Shown here: in pieces, positions 13,777-27,560 of the stretch | How the letters are laid out: the number at the start of each line of letters is the position of its first letter | How positions within the stretch are numbered: the stretch's first letter is position 1 | Source of the DNA: the human T2T-CHM13v2.0 reference genome, Homo sapiens | Direction: 5' to 3' (one strand) | NCBI RefSeq assembly: GCF_009914755.1 | Contig: NC_060930.1 | DNA length: 64,000 bases | Program-made: the position numbers and the translations under genes | Notes under the pieces: generated by a model | What the model was told of the DNA's origin: nothing | What the model saw: the letters and a program-made list of their open reading frames with translations, nothing else | Database searches by the model: none

Positions 13777-14329
13777 TAAAAGTAGTTGAACAGATCATAT
13801 TTTGTACAGTGAATTTCATGCCTTCTCATCTCCAAATTAAAATATGGTTTTGGATATACGTTCATGATTCAAAATTTGTTTCAGTATTTAAAGCATATTA
13901 ATCCTTTCAAGTCTATTTTTCTTGGTAAATGAATTAAAGGAAAAAATACTACAAATATCTAATTGTTCCTGAATTCAATACAAACTGATATTTTAAACTT
14001 GTAAAATGTATATGGGAAAAATTCAATATAAACATTGAAAAAGCTCTTTCAGTGTAGAAAGGGCTAATAGTTAAAAAGAAAAGCCTAGACAGAGTGGACA
14101 AGATAAACCAGTTGATGAAAATAAGCTTGTTCTAGCACTTAGTGAAACAAGTGAACAAAGATTGGGGACTGCAGTACAGCTTTTAATTAATATAAAAAAT
14201 TTAAAACAGACGGAGTGTTTAATTTGTCTCTGAATATGAGATGAAGGATTTTACCCTCTTCAGGTGAAATTGAATCTTGTATGTAACACAGATGGTTTGT
14301 GGGTGTGTATTTTCCCTGTAAGTTGGGTA

Positions 14330-14937
14330 TTATTTGTTTCATGAATGAAAGTTCCCTGAAAAGGAAGTAGGAGGAAAGCAACTTTGTTCCAGTGAACAGT
14401 TTGCAAACTGGGGAGACACAGCTTTTGTTGTAATGCAATGATGTTCTACAGAATAAAGAAAGGGTTTGGGCTTTATAGCAAAAGTTCCCTCCCAGGTTTT
14501 CTATCAAGTCTATTTATGCAAATGAAAGATTGAAACTCGCTTAGTTCTTATTGGTCAGCACAGCTGAGCTATGACTGATCAATATAGCTGAGCCCTGATT
14601 GGTTGATACAGCTGAGCCCAGATTGACACAGGCAGGAAGGCTCTGATTGATTGGCCTCCAAGCCCCAAACCAGAATTCTCTGTCAGATATTTCTTTCAAA
14701 CAGCAGTTGGCGGGGAGGGATTCTCAGCCACAGTCTGTTTTATCACCAAACATAGGAACTGGTTTGGCTTCATTGTAGAAAGGGAGGTCCTGTGATACGT
14801 CCACAACATCTTTCTGAGAACAGAGTACCTGACCACTCCCTCTCACAGCTATTGCTGCCTGTTTCTGTATTTACTTTGAGCACCTCAGTTGGCCATGCAG
14901 AGTCTGTTTTGTCTATCAGCTGGGGGCATACTTTAAC
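14330..14937 (-). mobile_element. Probable ERV solo LTR (subfamily not assigned; left boundary approximate)
   Basis: On the minus strand: begins gttaaagtatg, then repeated CCAAT boxes in 24-bp units, octamer 14516-14523, TATAAA 14472-14477 and a degenerate poly(A) signal ~14382, the U3-R order of an LTR. Confidence 0.6.
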
Positions 14938-17900
14938 GGTTTATGTTTTAATTTCTTTTTATTTTAAAGATTTCATCAGTTACAGGGTGCAAACATTCCA
15001 GGGATGGCAATTCAGTATTTCTTTCAGCTGATGGTTTTTTAAAAGGGCCAGTCTGTTCAGTTTTTTGCTCTCGTTGTAGTCTTACTGGGGAGGGGAGCAC
15101 TAGCAAGAGAGCTGGGAGCTTCCTCTAGCAGCCAACATAGCTTTCCTGGTCTTAACCCATCAGCTTTGCTTGTGCCTCCAAGAATTCCCTTCTGCTTTCC
15201 AGGTTTCTGCTGCTGAATCTTAGGAGAGAAATGCTCTGTGCATTTCTCAAGCACAGAAATGAGATTTGTCCTTAAACAAAAATGTCAATAGTTCCTACGT
15301 AGCTGAAACTGAAATGACAGGGGTAATGATCCTTTATCTCTACCTCTCCGTCATGAAAGAGAGAGACTCATCTTCTAGTAAATTAGCTCTTCCCTCCGTT
15401 TATTGTAAGAAATTATTTATTTAGTTGCTAACCCAGTCTCTTCTTATAAGACAGTGCTAAAGGAAAAATGGAACTTTAAAAACATTACACAGCACACTAT
15501 TGTAGGTCATGAAATAGTCTGAACCTATTTACATCTAGTTTTTTTGCCTTTCAGCAGCTAGGTATTAAAACTTAGGAACCCCTTGTTGTATATAGATTAC
15601 TAAATTTTCATATTATAACCCTTTCCTCTTTAATGTAAAATAGCCTAAAAGAATCTTCCATCAGAAACCACTTCAACAAAACCTAAGGAATTGGGTGGTT
15701 CAATAGATAAATAGTACTGTTCCACAGGGAGTGAGGTTCACGTCCAGCCTCAAGTCTAAATTAAATGAGCTTGATCGTATCTCTTCAGTCTCTTGTGAGC
15801 AGCAGTCCAGAATACTGAACTGTATGAATAATTCCACAGTTTGGCGTGATTGATAGTCTTGGCTCAGGAGAGTCCCAGAATTGAACTAACAACCACACTA
15901 AATTGTATCACATCTTTAAAGGAGATAGCCCTGTTTAGTGAGGGCTCAGTTACACGAAAGGGCCATGGGAAGTAGCATGCATCATCCTTAGTCTGGGAAG
16001 AGGTAGAGAATGGCTTCCAGCTCTGCTCCTGGGCTCATAATTGAATCAGGTTTTGCAGCTCAAATGGCACCAAATGATTTATTTTCTTCTCTTGGGCTAC
16101 CTCTAGCTTCGACGTTTTTGCATGTGATATGGTTTTATATCTACTGATAAATATGTGAATTTTTCTTGCTAAATAATTTGTCTCTAGCAGTGATAAGAAA
16201 TATCTGTATTTCAAATATATAAAAAAATCTCCATGGCTGTAGTCTGTGTACATTCTTTGGCGTACAAAAATTCATTGCATTTATCTACCTATTATTTAGC
16301 TATTTTTTAAATATTTTGTGTGGTGAAACCTGGGAATTCAGGGGAGTGTGTTGCTTTAATTTAAAGAACCACAAGTGTCATAACTGCATTAAAATTTTAC
16401 TCTCCTTATAACCTATATTTAATCAATCATATTCATTGACTTTTAGGCTCTGTAGTCACGGTAGTTAAGGAGGAGTTCAAACAGAAATATATAAAAGGTA
16501 TAGCTTTAGCAATCTGTATTATTTAATATTTTAAAATTTTTATTAAGCTTTAACTGAACGACAGCTACTTGCAATGTTCAAGCTTATTAATTCAGTTATT
16601 TAAATGACATAGAAAACTTCTTTTAATGTATGTAGATCAGTCTCTGGAAGAAAACTTAGAAGATAATACTGTAAACTAATGATTATTAAATAAAATCAAC
16701 CTTTTTTTCTGAAAGGCAACATGAACAAAGCAATACATTTTATCTAGTAAAAGTAGAAAATGTAAGATTAATTGCTTCCAAAAATGTTAGGGTTCACATG
16801 ACCTTGAGATTATTCTCTGACTGACTATCAAGCTAACATATGAGATAGCAGAGATTTTTCCTTGGAACTGTCTAGAACTGCCATAGTACTTGACTGACAG
16901 AGCTTGCTGTCCTCCCGCTCTCTCTCCCTAACCCCCCCACACTTTCTCCCACCCCCATTTCTCTCTCTTATTGTTCCACTAGCAAATGTTAAGCATCCAT
17001 GATAACACAAGAAAGAACAGTGGCATATTCTGTTCTTAAATGTAAATTCACTTTTTCTCTAACTCTGTAGACTTCAGAGTGTACATTTAGGCTGTGGTTT
17101 GGTTTTGCAAAAAAGCAGAAATGAAAAATACTATATGAACTTATCAATACTGCCTTTTAAAAATCTATTAACTATCAAGATGGAATATTAATGTAGAATA
17201 CCAATTTTTTATTTTTACAAAATTCTAATATATAATGAAATACCTATAACCTCAATATTTTCCACATAGTTTTTATTTGCTAATTGAGTAGTAAATAAAA
17301 CAATGTAAAATAATTGTTTTGCCTGTGGATAGGCTTATTTAAAAGTAATATCATCTTTACAAAGTGTGCATTCTTATTGTATGTTAGAGTATCATCTACC
17401 ACTTCAGAGACTGATGAAATGTTTCAGTTTGTATGTGTTGCTACTAAGCAGCTCAAAGCAATTGTCTAGTTTAATGTATTTCCAATTAATTTTTAGTTAC
17501 ATTAGAAAACAGAATGATGCTTTGGTTATTTAGCTGTGAAAATAATGAAGCAGGTGTTTTGAAATCCCTGACCTTCATGTTCAACATGAAAAACATGGGT
17601 AATGTATATAAGTTTGTCTTTAGCTTCCCTCACTTAGACTTACAGACTAGAAAAACAGTTACAAAATTTCCTGAGTTGCTTTTTTTTTTTTAATGGCCTA
17701 AAGGTTCTCAATTTAGAATTGGTTGCTCTAAATATTTAAACATTATTTTTTTACTGCACAACCCTTTAGCCTAAAATATTATTATCATTGTATCAGTATT
17801 TCTGGTGTCCAGAGCTGCAATTACACTTCCCACTAATTAATTTGGAGTGATTTTTTTCTCCACCTTATTAGCATTCATTCATTAACCGAATAAGTTTTGA

Positions 17901-18437
17901 GGCTTACTGTGTACTAGACATGTGCTGGTTGAAGAAACTGTACTGATGAATGAAAACCTCATGTCAAGTAGCTTTTGGTGAGTATAGGGAAACAAAAAGA
18001 GTAAGCAAATAAATGCAGTGTTATAGCAAGTGTATTTTTTTGTCTCTTCACTCTGTACATTGGTTCATATAGTACTTTTTAGAGATCAGTGTTGATTATT
18101 CCTGTCAGCTGGTTTTACCTTTTTATAAATTAAGTATTAGCCTGATATTAGTAGCTGAGAATACTAGCAAAATGAGCTTAGGATGGTAATTAATCCATCG
18201 TGACAAACCAGTTGCAGACCAACAGCATCTGCTACTGCTGGGTAACTAGACGTATATCAGATATTATGTAGACATAACCATTACTCCCTGTTTCATGTTA
18301 ACGTACCTGGGTTTGAAATTAAATTATTTTGACATTGTCTGTAGTTGCTCACACTTACAAGAAGGGAACCTGCAGGCAAGTGAGATGAAGAGAGAAAGAA
18401 AAGGAAGAAGAAAAAGCAAAAGGGGAGAGCGGGCTGA

Positions 18438-18838
<401 letters not shown>

Positions 18839-19686
18839 CAAAATCTGTTTTAATGTTCCATTTGTGTTTTCAGGGGAGACATAGAAATAGCGTATGATTT
18901 ATTGATGATACTGATCCTGCCTCAACGTTTTGATATTCTCTTTGTTTGGCAGAAAGGAGGCTGAAGGCCCTTCTGATCCTAGTCGGCAGCAGCTGGGGTG
19001 TTACAGTCTTGGTGTCCAAGGGCCCAGGTCTGGCACTGGAAATGGATGTGTGGGGCCCAGCCTGAATCACACCCCAGGTCCTTTCCGTACTGCTTCCATT
19101 TCCTTTTTGGACTTCTTTCTCCGGGGCTGGCAACAGCCTTGTACGTGTACACATGCCTGGGGGGACAGCTGGGCTCCATTGGCAGGTGGGAGGAGCCTGG
19201 CGACATGGTGGTGGTGGGAGAGGAGCCTCTGGACATGGTGGGAAGCACAGGAGCCTGGAGGCTTTTCTCCTGCTGTTTTCTCTTTGCTCCCCAGGGCAAG
19301 CACATACCCTGTTGCTTGCACTGAGTCTACTCTCCAAAGCAACCATGACTCGTGTTAAGGTGGAAGATCAAGTGCAAGGCGGTGCCAGTTAAATAGTCGG
19401 GAATATTTACTGGTGCAAAACTGAGGATCAAAGAGAACAAGAGCATTCGGTTTTAGAGAAAGTCAGAAACCCCAGAGACCAGCCACAGACTTGCATCCTG
19501 ATGCATCAAGAGCCCCAAAAGGTGGAGATTATTTTCTTTTGTCAGCAGGTTTTGCTGTTAGTCTACGGTGACAGTTTCCTTTTAAGTAGTTTAAGTTGTC
19601 AAATTACCCTTAATCAGCTTCACCACGATCAGCAGCTTTGCCCCGCTTTACCTGGATATTAATAAATGTTGGTCAGGTCAATGTTA

Positions 19687-20139
19687 TGTTATTTGTTTCC
19701 CAGGGCTGCTGTGACACAGTACCACAAGAAAGGGAGGCTCAAAACAGCAGAAATTGGCTGTCTCAAAGCTCTGGAGGCCAGAAGTCTCAGATGAGAGTGT
19801 TGGCAGGGCCGTGCTCCCTCTGAACTCTGCGGGGCAGAATCCCTCCTCGCCTCTTCCAGCTTCTGGTGGTCTCAGTCAGTCCTTGGCTTGGGGCAGCATT
19901 GCTCCTGCAGCCGCATGGCCTTCTCCCTGTGTCTCCTCACACAGCCCTCCCCTGGATGTGTCTCTGTTTCCAACCTCCTCTGTTTGGAAGGACATCAGTC
20001 ATACTAGGTTAGGACCTGTCTAAAGACCTCCAGTCAACTTGACTACATCTGCAAACAAGCTCACATCACGAGGCCCTGGGGGTTAAGAGTTCAACTTGGC
20101 TTTTTCTGGAGGGGAGGGACACAGTGTAACCTATTATCA
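19687..20139 (-). mobile_element. MLT1C-like MaLR solo LTR
   Basis: 'tttcccagggctgctgtgaca..gtaccaca', 'ctggaggccagaagtc', 'cctcttccagcttctggtgg' motifs. Confidence 0.8.
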
Positions 20140-20329
20140 GTTTTCTGGGGTGTTCAAGTTGGAGTATATTTCTTTGTATCATTCATGACGTTTACTGCAT
20201 TTTTAATGTAGGTAGTGGGTAAATCTCACCTGATCTTTTTAGAAACACAAATACTTACCTTTTTGTCAGTAAAGCGTTTAAAAAAAAAAAACCAAGCAAA
20301 CATAAGAACTAGTGATTTAGAGGTAGGCA

Positions 20330-20433
20330 GTAGAGTGAGACAGACTTGAGCTCCAGCCTCATGTCTGAGACTCACTAGAAAATGAATTTGGGCTTAGCCT
20401 CCCTGGTCTCAGGGTCCTCACCTGGAGAATGGA
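20330..20433 (+). mobile_element. MIR fragment
   Basis: Degenerate MIR core 'cttagcctccctggtctcagggtcctcacctggagaatgg'. Confidence 0.55.
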
Positions 20434-20446
20434 TGTGTGGGGCCCA

Positions 20447-20851
<405 letters not shown>

Positions 20852-21974
20852 CCTGTGCGTTTCCTAGGGCAAAGGAACATTTTGTTTGTTTTATTTTTAT
20901 TTCACTGTTTACTTTTTTTTTGTCTCACATTCATATAAAAAAGGATCATTTGGAATGGTTTTCCTTTTAAAATTAAGAAGCCCAGAACTCGAATTTAATC
21001 TGAGTTAGGAAATCTAACTTGAATTTTAAAACTCCATAAAGAACATATATCTAGCCCCAACCCCAGTACCTAGAGACACAAATAGAAATAAGCTGGACAT
21101 AGACTCTCAGCCATTTGCTGGAGAGACAGGCCAGGTATGTTACTTTGGGTGCAAAGCAAGGCTAGATGAAATTTAGTTGGAATTTCTATCGATGATACTT
21201 GAATTTCATGTTTAAAGGTATTAACATTTTTTCACTAATGATATAAAACATGCTTATGCTTTAGTGAGAAGGGAAAGCCATTGAAATCCTGAGAATAATA
21301 AGATGTTTGACTACATGCATCACCTAGCCATCCTTCAGAACTTTAAGCAAAAGAAAATAAATTACTAAAAACAAAGAGCCATTAATTAGACCAGTGTGGC
21401 TTATGAAACGTTTGGAGCTTTGGAGGTAGTGCTTTGCAAATCTAGCTGGCAAAAGGTTTGGAAAACTATGCCAGCCTTAAGATTAACTCTATTTTATGAA
21501 AAATAATGAATTTCAAATATTCATATTCTATATTAATATTTAAATATTCATTTAAAAACCCATTTTTAAAATAGCTCAGATAAGGATTTTTTACAGCCTA
21601 TCTCGTTTGTATGACAGACTGTTGCACACAATGGCTCATATACAATTCTTGAAACTGAGATTCCCAAGCATACCAGACATATTTTTATGTCTTTAGACTT
21701 CTAAATCAATCATATTTGGTAGCTCCTCTTAATTACCTGACCTATGGTGGTCATTTTAGTTGTAGCATCTGTTCCATTTATCCATGTGTAAAAGTATGCT
21801 TTGCTTTTAACATTAATTTATTCACTTGACAAATATTTATCAAGTATTTATAATATGTTGGACATTGACTTGACACTAAGGATAAAGCAGCAATCAAAAC
21901 ACTTAGGATCCTTTGTTTATGGAGCTTAGATTCAGGTATGTGGAGGCAGACAATAAAAATGGGTACACATATGC

Positions 21975-22005
<31 letters not shown>

Positions 22006-22091
22006 CACATACACATAAATATACATATACACACACATATATATAGCATATAGAGCATATATAGAGTGTATATATAGAGCATATATAGAGC

Positions 22092-22147
<56 letters not shown>
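21975..22147. repeat. Compound (TG)n/(TA)n/(GA)n microsatellite at Alu tail
   Basis: Directly visible; replaces the poly(A) of the adjacent Alu. Confidence 0.9.
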
Positions 22148-22151
<4 letters not shown>

Positions 22152-22427
22152 AATCTCACTCCATCACCCAGGCTGGAATGTAGTGGTGTGATCATGGCTC
22201 CCTGAATCCTAGAACTCCTGACTCAAGCAATCCTGCCTCAGCCTCCGGAGTAGCTGAGACTACAGGTGCACGACACCATGCCTGGCTAACTTTTTTTTTT
22301 TTTTGTAGTGGAGATGGGGTTCTCATTATGTTGACAAGGCTAGTCTTGAATTCCTATCCTCAAGCAATCCTCCTGCCTTAGCCTACCAAAGCTCTGGGAT
22401 TACAGGTGTTAGCCACCGTGCCTGGCC
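22148..22427 (-). mobile_element. AluJ
   Basis: Diverged reverse Alu with J-type 'gatcatggctc', 'tctcattatgttg', 'caagcaatcctcctgcc'. Confidence 0.9.
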
Positions 22428-23068
22428 AACACATGGATATTATAGCGGGTGTATTGGAAGACAATAATTGTTAAAAGATGGATCTGGGAAGGGGGATAAG
22501 GAGTAGGGCCGGGGATGGGAACTTGTATAACTAGAGGGGTCAGGGTGAGCTTGCTGAGAAGGCGACATTTAAGTGAAGACCTGAAAGAGATGAAGGTCCA
22601 CCACACGCACTCTGTGGAGGAGACCTGCCGTGCATGGAGGGGTGGGTCTGGTATTTTCTGCAAAGAACAAGGAGGTCAGTGTCCCCAGCATGGAGTCACT
22701 GCTGGGGCAATGGCCAGCATGGTTATGGGGCCAGAAGCTTTAGGCTATACAGACCATGGTAAGGACTTTGGCTTTTACTCTGAGTGATAAGGCGAGGCAG
22801 TCTAGGGTTTCAGCATTGGAATAACATGATCTGACTTACATTTTTGAAGGATCCCTTGGGCTCCTGAGTTGAGAAGAAATTGGAGAGGAGCAAGTGTAGG
22901 AAAAAGGAGGCAATTTGGGACATAAGTGCATTCATCCAGGAGAGAGATGGTTCTGGCTTGGACCAAGGTGCAGATGGTACAGATGGTGGAATGTGGTTGG
23001 ATCCTGGACATATGAATGTGCCAGCAGTATGACAGAAAAAAGAACTCTGTATATATGCACTCAGTCAT

Positions 23069-23953
23069 AACAAAGGTCTAATACCCAGAATCTATAAGGA
23101 ACTTAAACAATTGAATGAGCATAAAACAAATAACCCCATTAAAAAGTGGGCAAAGGACATAAACAGAAACTTCTCAAAAGAAGACATACAAGCAGCCAAC
23201 AAACATATGAAAAATGCTCATCATCACTAATCATCAGAGAAATGCAAATCAAACCACAATGAGGTACCATCTCACACCTGTCAGAATGTCTGTTATTAAA
23301 AACTCAAAAAACAACGGATGCTGGTGAAGCTGTGGAGAAAAAAGAAAGCTTATAACACTGTTGGTGGGAATGTAAATTAGTTCATTCACTGTGGAAAGCA
23401 GTTTGGAGATTTCTCAAAGAACTTAAAACAGAGCTACCATTTGACCCAACAATCCCATTACTGGGTATATACCGAAAGGAAAATAGATTATTATAACAAA
23501 AAGACACATGTACTCATCTGTTTATTGCTGCACTATTGACAATACCAAAGACACACATCAACCTAGGTGCCCATCAACAATGGATTGGATAAAGAAAATG
23601 TGGTACATATACACCACGGAATACTACACAGCCTTAAAAAGAATGAAACTATTTCCTTTGCAGCAACATGGATGCAGCTGGAGGCCATTATCCTAAGCAA
23701 ATTAACGCAGGAACAGAAAACCAAATACTGCACATTCTCTTTTATAAGTGAGAGCTAAACATTGAGCACATATGGACGTAAACATGGGGACAACTGATAC
23801 TGCAGACTACTAGAGGAGGGAGGAAGGGAGAAGCGTGCGGGTTAAAAAACTACCTATTGGGTACTATGTTCACTACCTGGATGCAATATATTCACGTAGC
23901 AAATCTGCACATGTACCCCCTATATCTAAAATAAAAGTAGAATTAAAATAAAA
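23069..23953 (+). mobile_element. L1PA16/17-like 3' fragment
   Basis: ORF2 C-terminal remnants (QPRCPSTMDWIKKMWYIYT), 3'UTR 'aactacctattgggtactatg', A-rich end. Confidence 0.85.
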
Positions 23954-24100
23954 GAGAGGGCATTGGCTAACATAATTTAAAAGGATATTGCTTCAGACCC
24001 AGCTAGATCCAGAGACACAAACAATGTCAGAACATTCAGCCTGTTTTTCATTATTCAGATGTATTTTCTTTGGTGTTGGCTTCATTCTCAGCTAGTTTAA

Positions 24101-24162
24101 CAGCACCATCAGGAAAACATTTTCTCTTTCCCAGCACCATCAGGAAAACATTTTCTCTTTCC
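24101..24162. repeat. Perfect 31-bp tandem duplication
   Basis: cagcaccatcaggaaaacattttctctttcc x2. Confidence 0.95.
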
Positions 24163-24689
24163 CAATAGTTAAGAGCCAAAGTTAAGACTGTAATGCGTTA
24201 ACCTGGTTTAGGTCATGTGCCCATGCCAGAATCAAATATTGTGGCCATGAGAGGTAGAATAACTTTTTGGCCAGATGAGGATTGCATACTTACCTTGCTG
24301 TTTGAATTTTTGCTGTCACTCATAGCCCTGTGAACCTATTCATGACACAGCACATAGATGTACTCAAACGAGGCAAGAAGGAAGTCACTGCAAGGTTTGC
24401 ATCAGTAGCCCATGTGAAAGCTGCTCATAACCTTACTGACATATTGTGTCATCCCTGTTACTTTCACAGTTTCAGGGGTTTCCATGAAAATGCTGACTGT
24501 TAAGATTGTTAAGGAAGCTGTCTAGAGGAAGAATAAGATTCCCCCAAATCCTGATTGTCTCACTTGCAACTGCAAAGTATCCAGCCTCACTCCAAGGGTG
24601 TCACAGCATGACAGCAGGTGAAGTTGACCTTGTTATTAAACACAGTCTGGAGTTTCTACTATCATGTGTCTATCTATAACTCCAACCTT

Positions 24690-25590
24690 GTATTTCTATC
24701 AGAGCTGCAGATCCATCTCCTCCTGCATCATGACTTTTGTAATCCAGTGGTTGACCAGGCACCTGGATTACAAACGCAACTAATCTAGTACCAAAGTCTT
24801 CATCCTCTCCTTTTTCTTCACCACCTCTGAGTCTACCACACTCCACTCCACATCTGATCTTCTCATTTCCTCATTTTGAATGGTGGCACCACCTTCTGCC
24901 CAGTCACTTAGGACTGGAATCGATGAGTCAGTCCTAGTGTCCACCTTCTCCTCCACCATCTTCATTTCTACCCGCTTCCCTAGAGTCCTGCCTTTAGTCT
25001 AGTGTCCTTCTAATCAGATCCATACCCCAAGCCAGGATGATGCATCTAAGCTGTGAGCAGAGGCATGTATTCCCATATGTAAAATGCTTTAGTGATTCTT
25101 CCTTCTTGGAGCACCTGAGGCTGTCTGTGAGCTGGCCCCTACCTACCTCTCTGTCTTTGCTCACACTCTTTCTCCTTAGTAAACGGTTAGTGCTCCAATT
25201 ATATATTTCTTGTGGTTCCTTAATCAACCATCATTTGCATCACTGCTAAACTTTTGTTCCTCCTTGAATTTCCTTTTTTCTCTAGTGTGTGTGATGAAAA
25301 CCAGCCTGCTCTTCTGTCTAGGCTCAGGTCAAGTGCCCCCTCTTCTCTGAACCCTTTTCTGGCCCTACCTCATTTAACCTCTGACACTTATGGGCCTCCA
25401 CCTTACCTTGGGAAACTCTTCTCTCTGCCTCTGTACCAGGTTAGGGATTTTTGTCCATCTCTATGCCTAATGCCCTTTACCAGGCTCTAAGCCCCACTGG
25501 AGGCAGAGACTATGTCTTACTCATGCTTGTACTCCAGTGACTAACAGTTATTAGCATGTAATACATGTTTCTGAAGTGAATGAGTGCATT
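24690..25590 (+). mobile_element. L2 fragment
   Basis: 'gaatggtggcaccacc', 'ggaggcagagactatgtctt', terminal 'gtgaatgagtg'. Confidence 0.6.
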
Positions 25591-25656
25591 TGTTTTTCTG
25601 AGAAAGTTGTTGACTCCACTGTTTCCTCTGAAGGTGTAGTTGATGTGATTGGGCCA

Positions 25657-26020
25657 TGTTATGGGCTGAATTAAATGCCCCCAGATTCACACCTTGAAGC
25701 CCCAAACCCCAATGTGATAGCATTTGGAAGTGGTGTGTTTTGGGGTAATTAGGTTTAGCTGAGGTCATGAAAGTGGGGCCCCCATGATGGGATTTGTGTT
25801 CTTATGGGAAGAAGAAGAGAGACCTGAGCTCTCTTACCACCAGGTGAGGACACAGGGAGAAGGCAGCTGTCATCAAGCCAGGAAGAGAGCCCTCATCAGG
25901 AACCACATCTGCCAGCATCTTGATCTTGGACTTTGCAGCCTCCAGAACTGTAAGAAATAAATGCCTGTTGTTTAAGCCACTAGTCTATGGAATTTTGTTC
26001 CAGCAGCCTGAGCTAAGACA
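25657..26020 (+). mobile_element. MLT1B-like MaLR solo LTR
   Basis: TG...CA termini (tgttatgggctgaatt ... gctaagaca), AATAAA, 5-bp TSD ggcca/ggtca. Confidence 0.9.
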
Positions 26021-26719
26021 GGTCACATGCTACAAATGTGTGCTGGGAGGTTGGAAGACAATGGATAGTGACTGAAGAACAAGGTAGATAGCAGCTTCTC
26101 TGAACTGTATTCCTGACGATGAACGTGCCTCTGTTCAGGTTGTTATGAAAGCAAATTGACTTGGATCTTGTGTTCTTCATCTCATAATTAGGGGACTTTG
26201 ATTAGAAGACCTCTAGGGTCACTTTGAGGGACCACATTCTACATTTATAGATCTATATTAGTTCTAATGATACTTGTTTTGCTATAATAAGATGAAGATG
26301 TCTAGGAAAGTATAGGATAAAAATCAGAATAACTAAAAACTTAGTTATGAAAAGGAAGGCAAGGTTTTCCATAATTAATTGCTTATAAAAACTACCAAAG
26401 ATGCTTGTTTGGGCAGGTGAAGGCAGGTAGAGTAATTTAAAGTATAAAAGATTTCCTTTGTTTAAGGAATGTAGTTATTAATGACTAACTCTACATAACA
26501 AAAGATTTTTCCAAGATGTGATTATATTAGACATTAAAAGCTGTTCACATTTCAAGTAGGCAAATATCAAAGTTTGGGATTTCTAATCTCTTGTTATGTG
26601 ATGTATTTATAAGGTGCTGATAAAACTCTCATGGGTCACAAATTTATTATATGAAATTTTCAGTTCAAAATCATGTGTATATAATGACATAGAATAAAAC
26701 AGAAGTACCCAGAATTAAC

Positions 26720-26980
26720 ATTTTAATATATAGTATGTCTATTTGTGTCTATATAAATATCTATAAATACAAATAATGTGTATTTATTTACACATTATTG
26801 TGTAATACAATGTGTAAATTTGTAATTATACATTTATTTAAATATAAAATGTATTTAAACATAAAAAGTATAAATTTATAATTATAAATTTATTGCACAT
26901 TTTATATATACATTTTACATATACTTTTATAAATTTATAATTTTATACATATAAAATTATTTTATATGTATAAAATAATT
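26720..26980. repeat. AT-rich low-complexity tract with 17-bp perfect inverted repeat
   Basis: attttatacatataaaa (26940-26956) / ttttatatgtataaaat (26960-26976). Confidence 0.85.
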
Positions 26981-27379
26981 GTTACTGACCTCCCAATTCA
27001 CCAGTATCAGGAGGTTGTTCAGTATCAACAGAACTCTATCCAGGCCTGCATATTTTCACCATTTTTATTTTGCTATTCTATTTCATTGCAATTGCAATAT
27101 ATCAGTTAGATCATGGGTTGAAGCTACAGAAACAATCACCTTTCTAGCACTATTTTAACCTAGATTGTTATTCCCTTGGGCAGAAGACTCTTGCCTAATA
27201 CATCTTTGTCAGCCCATAAAGACTAGTGAGATGTCTTGCCAGGAGGAGCTGGAAATCAGTAAATACTTATTTAATGAATTGGTTTGAAAATGAATAAACA
27301 AATAACCATAACAGAAGTTGAGTAGGGTACTAGTAATGCTGGAATACAACACCGTGAAAGCAGAAGCAGATAATGGATT

Positions 27380-27560
27380 ACAGTGGCTGAAATCCTGAAT
27401 GTAGAGTCAGCCCTGATTTCACATTTCAGCTCTGCCATTTACAAACTAGATAACTTAGGGCAAATTACTTAATATCATTAAAACTTACTCTTCTTGTCTA
27501 TAAAACAAGTGAGCTTTTCTGAAGGTAAAATGAGATAATGCTCAGTAAAATTTTCATCAC
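27380..27560 (+). mobile_element. MIR
   Basis: 'cagctctgccatttac', 'cttagggcaaattacttaat', 'aaatgagataatg'. Confidence 0.7.

Larger units (their letters stand above)
21815..23020 (-). mobile_element. L2 fragment interrupted by microsatellite and AluJ
   Basis: 'ttcacttgacaaatatttat', 'gacatttaagtgaagacctgaa', 'aaggactttggcttttactctgag' L2 motifs. Confidence 0.7.

Noticed and set aside
14550-14655. 24-bp periodic repeats as a possible CRISPR-like array
   Set aside because: Primate DNA, no unique spacers; better explained as LTR U3 repeats
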